In this document: one piece after another, positions 13,680-27,088 of the stretch | How the letters are laid out: every line of letters begins with the position of its first letter | Numbering within the stretch: the stretch's first letter is position 1 | Assembly: GCF_004010195.1 (NCBI RefSeq) | Contig: NC_057719.1 | Span: forward strand, 59,833,088-59,897,087 | DNA: 64,000 nt | Reading direction: 5' to 3' | From: Chiloscyllium plagiosum | Lineage: Eukaryota | Notes under the pieces: generated by a model | Databases searched by the model: none | Seen by the model: only the letters and a program-made list of their open reading frames with translations | Told to the model about the DNA's origin: nothing | Position numbers and translations under genes: made by a program

Positions 13680-13975
13680 TAAGGTGAACTGCAAAGGTCT
13701 TTTTCCCTAGGTTTTGGGATTTCAAATGAGAGGGCACAATTTTAAGGTGAGAAGAGAAAGATTTAAAATATTTGTTTGTGGAATTAACTGCCAGAGGAAG
13801 TGGTAGATGCAGATACAGCTGCAACATTTAGGAGACATTTGGAAGGTAGATGAATAGGAAAGGTTTAGAAGGATATGAGCCAAGTATAGACAAATGGAAT
13901 TAATTTCATTTGGGAAACTTGGTCGGCATGGACGATTTAGACTGAAGGGTCTCTTTCCATGCTGTATGACTCTAT
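13680..13975 (+). mobile_element. CR1 LINE 3' end
   Basis: tggaattaactgccagaggaag...gctgtatgactctat. Confidence 0.85.
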
Positions 13976-15129
13976 AAAATATTTTTGCTGTGGTTATTTA
14001 GCTATATGTCAAGAGTCGACTAACAGAAAGTTATTTTGAAAGATTTGGTTTCACGTATTATAGCCTCTTCCATGGCAATTGTTTGGAAAGTTGAGGTAGT
14101 TCACCAATAATACATTTTCAAGAAGTGTCTTTGCATTGGCAGCACCGTACATTATCTACAATTTAATAGTAGCATGCATTATACTTTTGCAGACTTGCAC
14201 GTTGCATCAGTGGAAGTTGCAATGATATATGGTTCAGCCTTTCTTCAACACAGAAGTAAGCAATTTCACCCAAGCTGTTCACTCGACCAGTTAAAATTCA
14301 CATATTTACATTTCTAACTGAGTAATGCTGGATCATCAATTGCATTTAGATCCTATTATGTAAATGTTTGAATTATCAATGATGGCATATCACTTAGTAA
14401 ACCTGACAATTTCTTTGAAGCATAAACATGTGACTGTCAGAAAACATCCATGAGAAGTATACCTTTGATTCAAATCACAATTGTATGAACTTTTACATGT
14501 CCAAATGGTATGAGAAAATAACATGACTTTAACAAGTCTGCTTTTTGTTCTCTAACAATACTTGGCTATTTTACAATATATTTTCAAAATACACATTATG
14601 AAAAAAATAGCTTATTTATTGCAAAACAGGAAATCGATGTAACAACCTTTTCCACATTATCTAAGGTCAGCTCTTCATTAGTATATTTGGTTAAGTTAAA
14701 ACAATCTATTCATACAAAAAAACACGTTGCGTGGATCATGAAAAAACAAATGCCATTGAAGCATGTACAAGATAGTACCTGAAGATGGTGCTGTGATGTA
14801 CTCAAAATGAACACTAACAAAACTATTTTGCTCCCTCTCTAAATGCACTGGTATCTTTATGATTTTGCAGTTATTTCTCCCAAAGGATGAGGTGGACTGG
14901 GTTATCTTTTCAATCCATACTGTAGAATTCTTTATGACTTTGTGTTGTAAGCACTATGGCGTATTCAGCTAGAATGAGACATGTTATTGTCAAAGGTGAT
15001 ATGGTGCATGCAGCCTTTTTGATTTCTATGGCAACGTATTTCACCATATCTCCAGCTGGAAATGTTCAATTCTGATCAAACCTTGACAACAAATAAGAAC
15101 AGAAAAGCCTAAGAATGCAAGTATTAGTA

Positions 15130-16130
15130 GAAGGTGACTCTGCTCTGCTATTCAGTATAATTAAGGTTGATCTTCTGCCCAAATTTCATATACTTGGTGC
15201 ACCTCATGTCCCTTATTTCCATGAGAGATTAAAAATCTTTTCAGTCAGTCATGAATATTTTCAATGATAGAATGGTGAGACAATTGCAAAGACTCACAGC
15301 CCTCTAAGTGAAAAAAATTCTCCTCATCTCAGTGCTAAATAATCAACCACTTATCTGGAGACTGTGGTCCAGCAATTCCCAGGGTTCATCCTGTCAAGCC
15401 CTTTCAGAATCCTGTATGCCTTATTGAGATCATATCTCATTCTTCAAAACTACTGAGAGTCAAGACCCAATTTGCCCAATTTAAAGACAATCATAAAGCC
15501 ATTGAGTCATAGTGATGTACAGCACCTCATCCTAAATAAATCTAGTCCAGTTTACTAGCATTTTTAGCTCATATCCCTCTAAACCCTTCCTATTCAAATA
15601 CCCATCCAGATGCATGTTAGATGTTGTGATTGTATCAGTCTCCACCACTTCCTCTGGCAGCTCATTAGGTCATATTGAAATGTTTCTTCTCATTTTAAAC
15701 CTAGGCCCTCTATAGTTTTGAACTTCCCCACCCTGGGGAACAAGACCTTGACTATTCATCCCATCCAAGATTTTATAAACCTCTATAAGGTCACCCCTCA
15801 GCATCTGATGCTCCAGGGAAAATAGTCCCAGCCTATTCAGCCTCTCCCTAAAGCTAAAATCCCTCAACTCTACATCTTTCCTATAGCAAGGAAAGCAGAA
15901 TTGAACACAATATTCCAAAAGTGGCCTAACCGATGTCCTGTTCAGCTGCAACATGATCCATCCTTACAATTTAGGAAACAATCTATTGAACTTTTACTGT
16001 AGTTCCTTTGAAGCAAGTAAATTCTTCTTAGGATTAAGTGTCTAAAATTGTGCATTGTACTCCAAACATGATAGCATCAAAATCTAATGGAAATGTAACA
16101 ATTTTTTGTTCTTAAATTCCAACCCCTTGC
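15130..16130 (-). mobile_element. Nested CR1 3' fragments (younger copy 15490-15957 inside an older one)
   Basis: RPLLEYCVQF, LRGDLIEVYKI; flanks are decayed CR1. Confidence 0.8.
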
Positions 16131-16155
16131 AGTAAAGCTACCACCATACCATTTA

Positions 16156-16474
16156 GGGCGATATGGTGGCTCAGTGGTTCACACTGCTGTCTCACAGCAT
16201 CAGAGACCTGAGTTCGATGGCACCCTAAGGTGACTGTCAGCAGAGTTTGCACATTCTCCCCTTGTCTGTGTTTCCTCCCACAGTCCAAAGATATGTAGGT
16301 TAGGTGGTTTGGACATGCTAAATTGCAAATAGTGTCCAGGGATGTTTAGGTTAGGTTGATTTGTCATGGTGTATGCAGGTTAACAGGGATAGGGGAGTGG
16401 GGGTGGGGTGCTATTAGAGGGTTGTTGTGGACACAATAGGCTGAATGGCCTGCTTCCACACTGTAGGGATTCTA
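16156..16474 (+). mobile_element. HE1-like V-SINE (diverged)
   Basis: ggtggctcagtggtt, gagttcgat, gagtttgcacattctcccc, tail gcttccacactgtagggattcta. Confidence 0.88.
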
Positions 16475-16621
16475 TTCCATAATTTATGTTTTTATTGACT
16501 GGACATTAACATTGTGTTCCTTCAATAAGTTCAGCCATCCCTCTCTGAAAATAAGGATCAAAATTGCATTCATTAAAAGAAAAGTGAAAAGGCACAAATT
16601 TTCCCACCGTCACTTGCCATG

Positions 16622-19600
16622 TGGAATCGGTGAGTGGCGAGAATAACGATCGGAATCAGTGAGTGGCGAAAATAACGATCGGCAGTGGAAAGTAGTGAAA
16701 ATAATGACAAGAGTGGTTAAAATAACGATTGGAATCGGTGAGTGGTGAAAATAACGACTGGAATCGGTGAGTGGTGAAAATAATGATCGGAATCGGTGAG
16801 TGGTGAAAATAACGACCGGAATTGGTGTGTGGTGATTTTAATGACCGGATTCAGTGAGTGGTGAAAATAACGACTGGAATCGGTGAGTGGCAAAAATATT
16901 GACCAAAATTAGTGAGTGGTGAAAATAACGACCGGAATCGGTGAGTGGTGAAAACAATGACCGGAATCCGTGAGTGGCAAAAATAAGACTGTAAACAGTG
17001 TGTGGCAAGAATAATGACCGGAATCGGTGAGTGACTAGAATATTGACCAGAATCGGTGAGTGGCAAAAATAATGACCAAAATCAGTGAGTGATGAAAATA
17101 ACGATTGGCATCAGTGAGTAGTGAAAATAATGACCAAAATCGGTGAGTGTCAAGAATAATGATCAGAATCGGTGAGTGGTGAAAATAATGCCCAGAATCG
17201 GAGAATGGCGAGAATAATGACTGGAATCGGTGAATGGTGAAAATGATGACCGGAATCGATGAATGGGGAGATTAATGACTGGAATCAGTGAGTGGTGAAA
17301 ATAATGACCGGANNNNNNNNNNNNNNNNNNNNNNNNNNNNNNNNNNNNNNNNNNNNNNNNNNNNNNNNNNNNNNNNNNNNNNNNNNNNNNNNNNNNNNNN
17401 NNNNNNNNNNNNNNNNNNNNNNNNNNNNNNNNNNNNNNNNNNNNNNNNNNNNNNNNNNNNNNNNNNNNNNNNNNNNNNNNNNNNNNNNNNNNNNNNNNNN
17501 NNNNNNNNNNNNNNNNNNNNNNNNNNNNNNNNNNNNNNNNNNNNNNNNNNNNNNNNNNNNNNNNNNNNNNNNNNNNNNNNNNNNNNNNNNNNNNNNNNNN
17601 NNNNNNNNNNNNNNNNNNNNNNNNNNNNNNNNNNNNNNNNNNNNNNNNNNNNNNNNNNNNNNNNNNNNNNNNNNNNNNNNNNNNNNNNNNNNNNNNNNNN
17701 NNNNNNNNNNNNNNNNNNNNNNNNNNNNNNNNNNNNNNNNNNNNNNNNNNNNNNNNNNNNNNNNNNNNNNNNNNNNNNNNNNNNNNNNNNNNNNNNNNNN
17801 NNNNNNNNNNNNCGAGAAACTAATGACCGGAATCGGTAAGTGTTGAAAATTATGACCGAAATTGGTGAGAATAATGACTGGAATCCATCAGTGGAGGGAA
17901 TAATGACTGGAATCCGTCAGTGGCGGGAATAATGACCGGAATATGTGAGTGGTGAAAATAATGACCGGAATCGGTGAGCAGTGAAAATTATGATCGGAAT
18001 CGGTGAGGGGCGATAATAATGACCAGAACTGGTATGTGGCGGGAATAACGACCAGAATTGGCTAGTTGTGAAAATAATGACTGGAATCGGAGAGTGTGTT
18101 TAAAATAACGACCGGAATTGGTGAGTGGCGAGAATAATGACCGGCATCAGTGAGTGGTGAAAATAATGACCGGAATCGGTGAGTGGCGAGAATAATGACT
18201 GGAATCAATGAGTGGTGAAAATAATGACTGGAATCGATGAGTGGCAAGAATAATGACAGGAATCGGTGAGTGGTGAAAATAACAACCGGAATCAGTGAGT
18301 GGTGAAAATAATGACTGGAATCGATGAGTGGCAAGAATAATGACCGGAATCGGTGAGTGGTGAAAATAACAACCGGAATCAGTGAGTGGTGAAAATAGTG
18401 ACTGGAATCGGTGAGTGGCGAGAATAATGACTGGAATCGGTGAGTGACAAGAATAATGACCGGACTCGGTGAGTGGTGAAAATAACAACCGGAATCAGTG
18501 AGTGGTGAAAATAATGACTGGAATCAGTGAGTGGCGAGAATAATGACTGGAATCGGTGAGTGGCAAGAATAATGACCGGACTCGGTGAGTGGTGAAAATA
18601 ACAACTGGAATCAATGAGTGGTGAAAATAACGACCGGAATCAGTGTGTGGCAAGAATAATACCGGCATCAGTGAGTGGTGAAAATAATGACTGGAATCGG
18701 TGAGTGGCAAGAATAACGACTGGAATTGGTGAGTAGTGAAAATAATGACCGGAATCAGTGAGTGGTGAAAAAAACGACTGGAATTAGTGAGTGGCGAGAA
18801 TAACGACCGGAATCGGTGAGTGGAGAAAATAACGACTGGAATTGGTGCGTGGTGAAAATAACGACTGGAAACGGTGAGTGGCAATTATAATGACCAGAAT
18901 CAGTGAGTGGTGAAAACAACGACTGGAATCGGTGAGTGGGGAGAATAACGACCGGAATCGGTGAGTGGTGTAAACAACGACCGGAATCGGTGAGTGGTGA
19001 AAATAACGACCAGAAATGGTGAGTGGCAATTATAATGACCGGAATCGGTGAGTGGTGACAATAATGACTTGAATTGGTCAGTGGTGAAAATAACGACCGG
19101 AATCGGTGAGTGGTGAAAATAACGACCGGAATCAGTGAGTGGCGAGAATAATGACCGGAATCATTGAGTGGTGACAATAACGACAGGAATTGGTGAGTGG
19201 TGAAAATAATGACTGGAAACGGTGAGTGGCAATTATAATGACCGGAATTGGTGAGTGGTGAAAACAACGACCGGAATCGGTGAGTAGGGAGAATAACGAC
19301 CGGAATCGGTGAGTGGTGAAAACAACAACCGGAATCAGTGAGTGGTGAAAATAATGACTGGAATCGGTGAGTGGCAAGAATAATGACCGGAATCGGTGAG
19401 TGGTGAAAATAACGACCGGAATCAGTGAGTGGCAAGAATAATGACCGGCATCAGAGAGTGGTGAAAATAATGACCGGAATCGGTGAGTGGCGAGAATAAC
19501 GACTGGAATCAATGAGTGGTGAAAATAATGACTGGAATCGGTGAGTGGTGAAAATAACGACTGGAATCGGTGAGTGGTGAAAATAACGACTGGAATTGGT

Positions 19601-20896
19601 GAGTGGCAAGAATAATGACCGGCATCAGTGAGTGGTGAAAATAATGACCGGAATCGGTGAGTGGCAAGAATAACGACTGGAATCAATGAGTGGTGAAAAT
19701 AATGACTGGAATCGGTGAGTGGTGAAAATAACGACTGGAATCGGTGAGTGGCGCGGTGAGTGGTGAAAATAATGACCGGAATTGGTGAGTGGCGAAAATA
19801 ACGACCGGAATCGGTGAGTAGTGATAATAACGACTGGAATTGGTGAGTGGCGAGAATAATGACCAGAATCGGTGAGTGGTGAAAATAACAACTGGAATCA
19901 GTGAGTGGTGAAAATAATGACTGGAATCGGTGAGTGGCAAGAATAATGACCGGAATCGGTGAGTGGCGAGAATAACGACCGGAATCGGTGAATGGGGACA
20001 ATAATGACTGGCATCGGTGAATGGCGAGAATAATGAACGGAATCGGTGAGTAGCAAGAATAATGACCGGAATCTGTGGTGAAAATAATGACCGGAATTGG
20101 TGAGTGGCGAGAATAATGACCGGAATCATTGAGTCGAGAAACTAATGACCGGAATCGGTAAGTGTTGAAAATAATGACCGGAATCGGTGAGTGGTGAAAA
20201 TAATGACCGGAATCGGTGAGTGGTGAAAATAATGACTGGAATCGGTAGGTGGTGAAAATAACGATCGGCATCGGTGAGTGGAAAAAAATAATGACCAGAA
20301 TCAGGAGTGGCGAGAATAATGACCGGAATCGGAGAGTGGTGAAAATAACGACCAGAATCGATGAGTGGTGAAAATAATGACTGGAATCGGTGAGTGGCAA
20401 GAATAATGACCGGAATCGGTGAGTGGCGAGAATACTGACTGGAATCGGTGAGTGGTGAGAATACCGACCGGAATCGGTGAATGGTGAAAATAATGACCGG
20501 AAGCTGTGAGTGGTAAAAATAACAACCGGAATAAGTGAGTGGTGAAAATAACTACATGAATTGGTGAGTGGCGAGAATAATGACCAGAATCGGTGAGTGG
20601 TGAAAATAACGACTGGAATCGGTGAGTGGTGAAAATAATGACCGGAATCGGTGAGTGGCAAAATTAATGAACGGAATCAGTGAGTGGCGAGAATACCGAC
20701 CGGAATCGGTGAGTGGTGAAAATAATGACCGAAATCGATGAGTGGTGAAAATAATGACCGGAAACAGTGAGTGGCGAGAATAATGACCGGAAACAGTGGT
20801 GTAAATAATGACCGGAATTGGTGAGTGGCGAGAATAATGACCGGAATCGGTGAGTGGCGAAAATAACGACCAGAATCAGTGAGTGGTGAAAATAAC
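16622..20896. repeat. Tandem satellite, 29-bp unit GGAATCGGTGAGTGGTGAAAATAATGACC, about 130 sequenced units
   Basis: Direct periodicity; the ORF track cycles through three peptide phases as expected for a 29-bp unit. Confidence 0.97.
17313..17812. other. Assembly gap (N run)
   Basis: N bases. Confidence 1.
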
Positions 20897-21317
20897 CTGT
20901 TTTGCTCAGCAATCACAAAACAAGTTTGAGGCGGCAACAGAATCTTGAAATACAGTTCTTTCAAGAGCCCCTTTACACAAAGTTCTTACACATATTCAAT
21001 TTCCATTCCTATGGTGTTACATTTTTTATATAGAGTTTGAAGGGCTTCTGTTTGGGAAACAGGAGATGGTTTAAGATGTGCAAAATGCTCACTGCTGCTT
21101 CTGATGGGATTAAGAGTGTCTGTCTGGCCTGCTTGCATAATTAAGAGGTATTTGTCCTTTTGTCTTTTAAGTTGATAAATGTTAGTAAAAGTACTAGGTT
21201 GATATGCTCTAAAAAAGTTAGAAATTGTACCTTGTACTTAATAAAAGATTGAAGGATATTAAACTGTTAAAAATCACACAACACCAGGTTATAGTCCAAC
21301 AGGTTTAATTGGAAGCA

Positions 21318-21352
21318 CACTAGCTTTCGGAGTGACGCTCCTTCATCAGGTG
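21318..21352 (-). ncRNA. Minimal type I hammerhead ribozyme (family B, antisense arm)
   Basis: CAC-CUGAUGA-A-GGAGC-guc-ACUCC-GAAA-GC-UA-GUG on the minus strand; one stem II mismatch. Confidence 0.8.
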
Positions 21353-21408
21353 ATTGTGGAGGGCTCGATCGTAACACAGAATTTATAGCCGATTGAGCCC
21401 TCCACAAT

Positions 21409-21443
21409 CACCTGATGAAGGAGCGTCGCTCCGAAAGCTAGTG
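21409..21443 (+). ncRNA. Minimal type I hammerhead ribozyme (family B)
   Basis: CAC-CUGAUGA-A-GGAGC-guc-GCUCC-GAAA-GC-UA^GUG; intact core, palindromic stem III AGCU. Confidence 0.88.
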
Positions 21444-22049
21444 TGTTTCCAATTAAACCTGTTGGAATATAACCTGGTGTTGTGTGATTTTTAACTTTGT
21501 ACACCCCAGTCCAACACCGGCATCTCCAAATCATGATATTAAACTGATTACTGCAGCTAGGTTGTGAGATTTATTTATTATTTATCGGTATAGTTTAATT
21601 CATTCATGCAATTTCATGGAAGCACTGTTTTGTCAGTTATTTCTTAAAGGGATAATGGCCCAGTTAAAAGATATTTAACAGGTACTTATGAATTGGTGAA
21701 CCTATTCAGATCCCAGAGGTGGTTAGTACGGGCTGATTGGTTGGTAAGGGCTGAATAATATAATATTTCGTAGAGACTTGATGAGGATGGTATTGTTCTG
21801 TATGTAACACTTATTCAGAAGTTGTAGCAAGGGGTGAAAAAGTGTGAAAAGGCAGTAATGGGTTTGAAAGGGTTATTTTGATTTGAAAAGATTGTTTTAA
21901 ATTTGGTCTATCTTATGATAGTAAGATATAATAAATTAAATGATGTTATAGTAAATAACTGGTTAGTAAAGGATTATGAAGAAATTAATGGGAACCTGAT
22001 ATTAATAAATATAGTGAGCTGGTGAGAGAGTTAATAAAGATAACCTTAA

Positions 22050-23040
22050 ATACAGTATCTCACAGTATTCACTTCACCTCCCCAAATGTCCTTGTGGCAT
22101 CTTTGTGCTCTTCTTACATTTGTAACTAACACTTTTTATCATCAACAAACCTGGATACAACCTGAGAAAAAAGAGCTCTTGTTTCTTTTTATTCTATGTC
22201 ATGAATTATAGATTGTAAATTGTGAAGGCCCTCGCACTGATCTTTGCAATACATCATTAATTACAGATATCAACTGTATGTCTTTTTTATTCCAACTGGC
22301 CACTTCCATTAAAGCAGTTCATGCTAACGTACTACCCTGATGCCAAGAGCCTTTATTGTGTGTATTAACATTTTGTATACCATGTTATTGAATATCTTTT
22401 GAAAATGTAAGTATACTATATTCACTGATGTCCTTTTATCTACTTTGCTAGTTTTGTTCTCAAAAAAAATTCTTATACATTTATGAAGCAAAATGTTCCT
22501 TTTATTGAACCATATGGATTCTGTCTCCTCAAACCACTTTTTGAAGTGTATTGTTGAATACTTCATTAGTAATAAATTCCAGCATTTTCCTGACAGATGA
22601 TGTCAGGATCACTGGTCTGTAATTCCCTATTTTCTCTCTGCCTCATTTCTTGAAAAGTGGTGTTCCATTTGCTAATTTCCAACCTGTGCAACTGTTCTAA
22701 AATGTAGGGAATGTTGGAAAAGTTTAACTAGTGCACCAATTATCTCTTTGCAACACTATGATGTAGGTCACCAGTTCATGAAGATTTGCTGGATTTTAGT
22801 CCTTAATACTTGGTTTTAATTACTTTAACTGCCAGACTTCTATTAGCCCCTTGGTTCCTCCTTATTTCTGGTACGCAATTTACATCTTCTCCAGTAAAGA
22901 CAGGCACAAAATATCTGTTGACGGACTCTGCCATTTCATCTCTCTCCATAATCATTTTTCCTGCTTTTGATTTGAAGGGATCAACATTTACTTTAGCTGC
23001 TCTGCTTTTTATATATTTGTAAAATCTCTTACTATCTGTT
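22050..23040 (-). mobile_element. Old CR1 RT remnant
   Basis: VNIVYLHFQKIFN resembles the CR1 motif VDVVYLDFQKAFD. Confidence 0.75.
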
Positions 23041-25089
23041 CAATGTCACTCCCTTTAAAGGAATTAAGATGTATTGAACTACTCATTTCTATATGATGAC
23101 ACTTTGCAATCTGATGCCAGTCCACTTTGTTCCCAGGGACAGATACACCTCATACACGGAGAAGGATGTACCTTCTTGCTTGCTTTTTAAGAACTCATGC
23201 ATTTACCGCTCACATTGATCCTTCTAATATCTCTCTCCTGCTTTCCCTTTCCCCACACTTTTGCAGTTTGCCAATTAATCCCGAATTTAAAGACACACGG
23301 TACTCTGTCTTGCTTTACCGCTTAACAGACACAAAGACAGATACTTGCCATGCTTGAATGAACAGCCAAAGAGGTGCAAATGTCATACGGTGCCATACTA
23401 TGTCACTCTCACATTTACAGTGTGTGCCAGGAGCTTACTTGGCAAACACACTCATGTGCTTCAGTCAAATACCCATGCTGCAAAGTCTAAGGAGAGTAGT
23501 CCTTGGTCTCTTGTCAATCAGGGGTTCCCAACACAGTCAGTCAAGGGAGCATTTGATCTTAGACTGGGGGCTTGCATATGGTCAGTTGGACGCTTGAGGC
23601 ATTCAGGCTTATGGGTTCCATATCACTACAGTTTGGGGAGTAGACTTTAGTTAATCCTGCAGGTCTGGTGCAAGCAGTGCTTGGATTCACAGTACAGGGA
23701 GCTGCACACAGAGTTGTCAGAATCTGGAACCTCATTAGTTGAGGTGTCATTCTAAGTCAGTCTATGGTGGGCTACAGTCAGTCCAGGAGTTCTGTTCACT
23801 ACAGTCAAGGTGGAGATACCAGGGGTCACTACTGCAAGAGGGAAACTGGCGAAGTCAATTGTGGGGTTGGACGCAACATGCCACGATGCAGAGGGGACAA
23901 TAAATGTGAAGGGAAGCAACTCAACATGCAGAGGTGGGAGATGCTAGAGCAATGGTGGATGCAGGTTACTGTGGTGACAGGTCCATCAAGTCACCAACAC
24001 CCTGGCTTTGATGGAGACACAGTTCAACAAGCTGGTTAGCATGGTTATGTTTTAGGCCTGAGGCTCAGTGAGTAATGTTGGGAGATGAAGACCTAAGTTA
24101 AAGAGTTGGGTAGGGATGTGTGGAAGCTCAGTATTGATGGGGGTCAATGGGGAAATCAAGTAAGTATGGGACATGAAGGTTGAGACAGCAGTGTGCTTGC
24201 AGTATGCTCTGGAAAAAGTGCGCCTCATAATCCTAATGTACTGTACTCTGCACAACTGGAGCAACTAAAGAGGAAATATGATGAACGATTGGCAGCAGTC
24301 TTCCAAGTTGAAGACATTGAGCAGGAAGTACATCACCTTTATTGTGATGGACTAGAGCTGCATCAGGTACAACAAACCAGGGAGGACTTATTGACACCTG
24401 CTTCCAATAGAAGTGAGCCAGGTTCAGTATTCATTCATTGACAGTAAACTTCTTGTTGCTTGCAAGGCAAGCAGTCTTTATTGTTTCCAGTAGCAAATGC
24501 ATCTTCTTTATGTTAGTTTTTGCTTTTGCTGTCTTTCTGTAAAAGTTAACATCTCAACCGTTCAACGTGCGAGGCTCCCATATTGAACAGTGCCAAGATT
24601 TTGTAATAATGTTGTCTTGATTTTTAAATATTCAACTGCTGGAGACTGAATATAGATTGTTACAATTGTTTTATTGAAGTTATTCAAGGAGAGGTACACC
24701 TTAATTATTTACTGAAGCAAAACTCTAAAGCATACAAAGAAGTTGAGTATCTTATACTATTAACATCTTCTTATCCACATTCCAATCTCTCTTCATACTC
24801 AGAAAATGAAGGAGATGTCCCTTTGTATTATAAATTAAAGTGTTAATGTCTCCTTCACCCAGCCAGGGTATAAACAATCAGTCTTGCCCTGGGAAGTTGC
24901 TGTCTCTTCCCTATCATTGTTTGTCCTTTCCTTTCCTCTCCATAGTCTTTGAATGTATTGTCACCTAAAACTTTCCCCATAACCCTGTATTTGAAACTTC
25001 CAATCAGATTTTTGCCTCTGCCACTGTGCTGAAATGGCTGTTACCAAAGTCACATTGTGAATTCTCGAATTTTCCTGTAGTCTTTGGTA

Positions 25090-26190
25090 TGGTTGATGGA
25101 AGGTGTGCTCAACAGTGCTATCCAGCAGCTCAGCAATAACCTGCAAAGTGACGCCCAGTTTGGGTTCCACCAGGGCCAATCAGCTCCTGACATTACAGTC
25201 TTGGTTCAAATGTGGGCAAAAGAGTTGAATTCCAGAGGTGAGGTGAGAGTGACAGCCCTTGACACCAAGGCTGTATTCAACCAAGAGGGGCATCAAGAAG
25301 CCCTAGCAAAACTGGATTCAGTGACTATCGGGGGCAAACGCTCAGCTGATTGGAATCATACCTGGCACATAGGAAGATGGTTGTGGTTGTTGGATGTCAG
25401 TCATCTCAGCTTCCAGAAATCTCTGCAGGGGCTCCTCAGGGTAGTGTCCTAGGCCCCACCATCTTCAGCTGTTTCATAAGGCCAGAATGTTTGCCAATGA
25501 TTGCATAATGTTCAGCACTGTTTGCTACTCCTCAGGTACTGAAGCAGTCCATGTTCAACTGCAACAAGATCTGGACAATATCCAGGCTTGTGCAGACAAA
25601 TGGCAAATAACATTCATGCCAAACAAATGACAGGCAATGACCATCTCCAATAAAAGACAATCTAACCACTTTGACATTCAATGGTACTTCCATCAGTGAA
25701 TACCCCTCTACCAACCTCCTTGGGATTACTGTTGACCAGAAACTCAGCTGAACTTGCTGTATAAATACAGTGGCTACAAGAGTAGGTCAGAGGTAAGGAA
25801 TACTGTGGCAAGTAACTCACCTCCTGACTCCCCAAAGCTTTTCCACAAACTGCAAGTCAGGAGTGTGTTGGAATACTCCCCACTTGCCTGGATGGGCGCA
25901 ACTCCAACAACACTCAAGAAGCTTGATACCATCCAGGACAAAGCAACTTGCTTGTCTGGCACCACATCCACAAACATCCAATCTCTTCACCATTGACACT
26001 CAGTAGCAACAGTGAGTACTATCTACAAGATGCACTGCAGAAATTCACCAAAGACAAATTCACCAAATTTCTTAAACAGCACCTTTCAAACCCATGACCA
26101 CTTCCATCTAAAAAGACAACAGATATATGAGAACAGCACAACTTGCAAGTTCCCCTCCAAGCTATTCTGACTTGGAAGTATATCACCAGT
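25090..26190 (+). mobile_element. CR1/L2-group LINE RT remnant of a second family
   Basis: SDAQFGF, VTALDTKAVF, cctcagggtagtgtcctaggccc (PQGSVLGP), LEYSPLAW; related piece at 54810-55045. Confidence 0.8.
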
Positions 26191-26194
26191 CCAA

Positions 26195-26410
26195 GCTAGC
26201 ATTTATTGCCTGCCCCTAGTTGCCCTTGAGAAGGTAGTGGTGAGCTGCCTACTTGAACCACTGCAATCCACATGCTGTGGATTGACCAAAAATGGAGGGA
26301 ATTCCAGGATTTTGACCCAGAGACAGTGAAGGAATGGTGATATATTTCCCAGTCAGGATGTTGAGTGGCTTGGTGGGGAACTTGCAAGTGGTGTAAGATG
26401 TTCAATGACC
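26195..26410 (-). mobile_element. 3' end of the same LINE group, opposite strand
   Basis: SGSKSWNSL on the minus strand; overlaps in sequence with 26140-26185. Confidence 0.65.
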
Positions 26411-27088
26411 TCCTTCACTCTGACAAGCTGAGTGTAGCACAATACCCAACTAACAAACATCAAAATTCTATAGCCAACAAGAGACATACCAGCTGAACAG
26501 CCTGAGGATGCATACATCTCCTGAATATGAATAACTGAGATTGTGTAATTACCAGCCCATGAGCAAGACTTGTTTATCAAGCAAACCGAGAAATTGGTAC
26601 CACTGAAAAATGCAACTGTTTATTGTAAAAGATTCGCTGGAAAGAAGTGATCATAACATAATTTTCTTCCATATTAAGTTTGAAAGTGACATAGACCAGA
26701 CTCAACAGGAATCTTAAACTGAAAAAAAAATCCTATTGTATAAGTTTGGGAGAGAGCTAGCTAAATTTCATTGGGAAATTGAAAATAGTATGGAGGTAAA
26801 TAAATGGTGGGAAACATTTAAAGAAATTGTTATAACAAAAATATGTTTCATTAAAAATACAAAACCTCAGAAGAAAGATTCATCCATGCTTAATTAAAGG
26901 ACATTATCAGGTTAAAAGAAGAGACTTACAATGTTGCAGAGAAGAGTATTATGCTGTGAAACTGGATTTTTTTAAATAAACAAGGATAGACCAAAATGTA
27001 GATAAAAAGGTCAAACAAACTGAGAGTTGGCTAGTTAGGAATGTTAAAAAAAAACAGATAATTTGTGTCTGTCTTCACAGTAGAAGAC

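Larger units (their letters stand above)
21266..21534. mobile_element. PLE family B non-coding hairpin insertion: two inverted terminal repeats plus ~39-nt tail
   Basis: Arms 21266-21371 and 21390-21495; TSD gatattaaactg at 21255-21266 and 21535-21546. Confidence 0.92.

Noticed and set aside
16622..20896. CRISPR-like array
   Set aside because: Units are contiguous with no unique spacers, no cas genes are present, and the context is eukaryotic
18062..20964. Long His/Ser/Pro-rich ORFs (up to 509 aa)
   Set aside because: Artefact of the stop-poor minus strand of the 29-bp satellite
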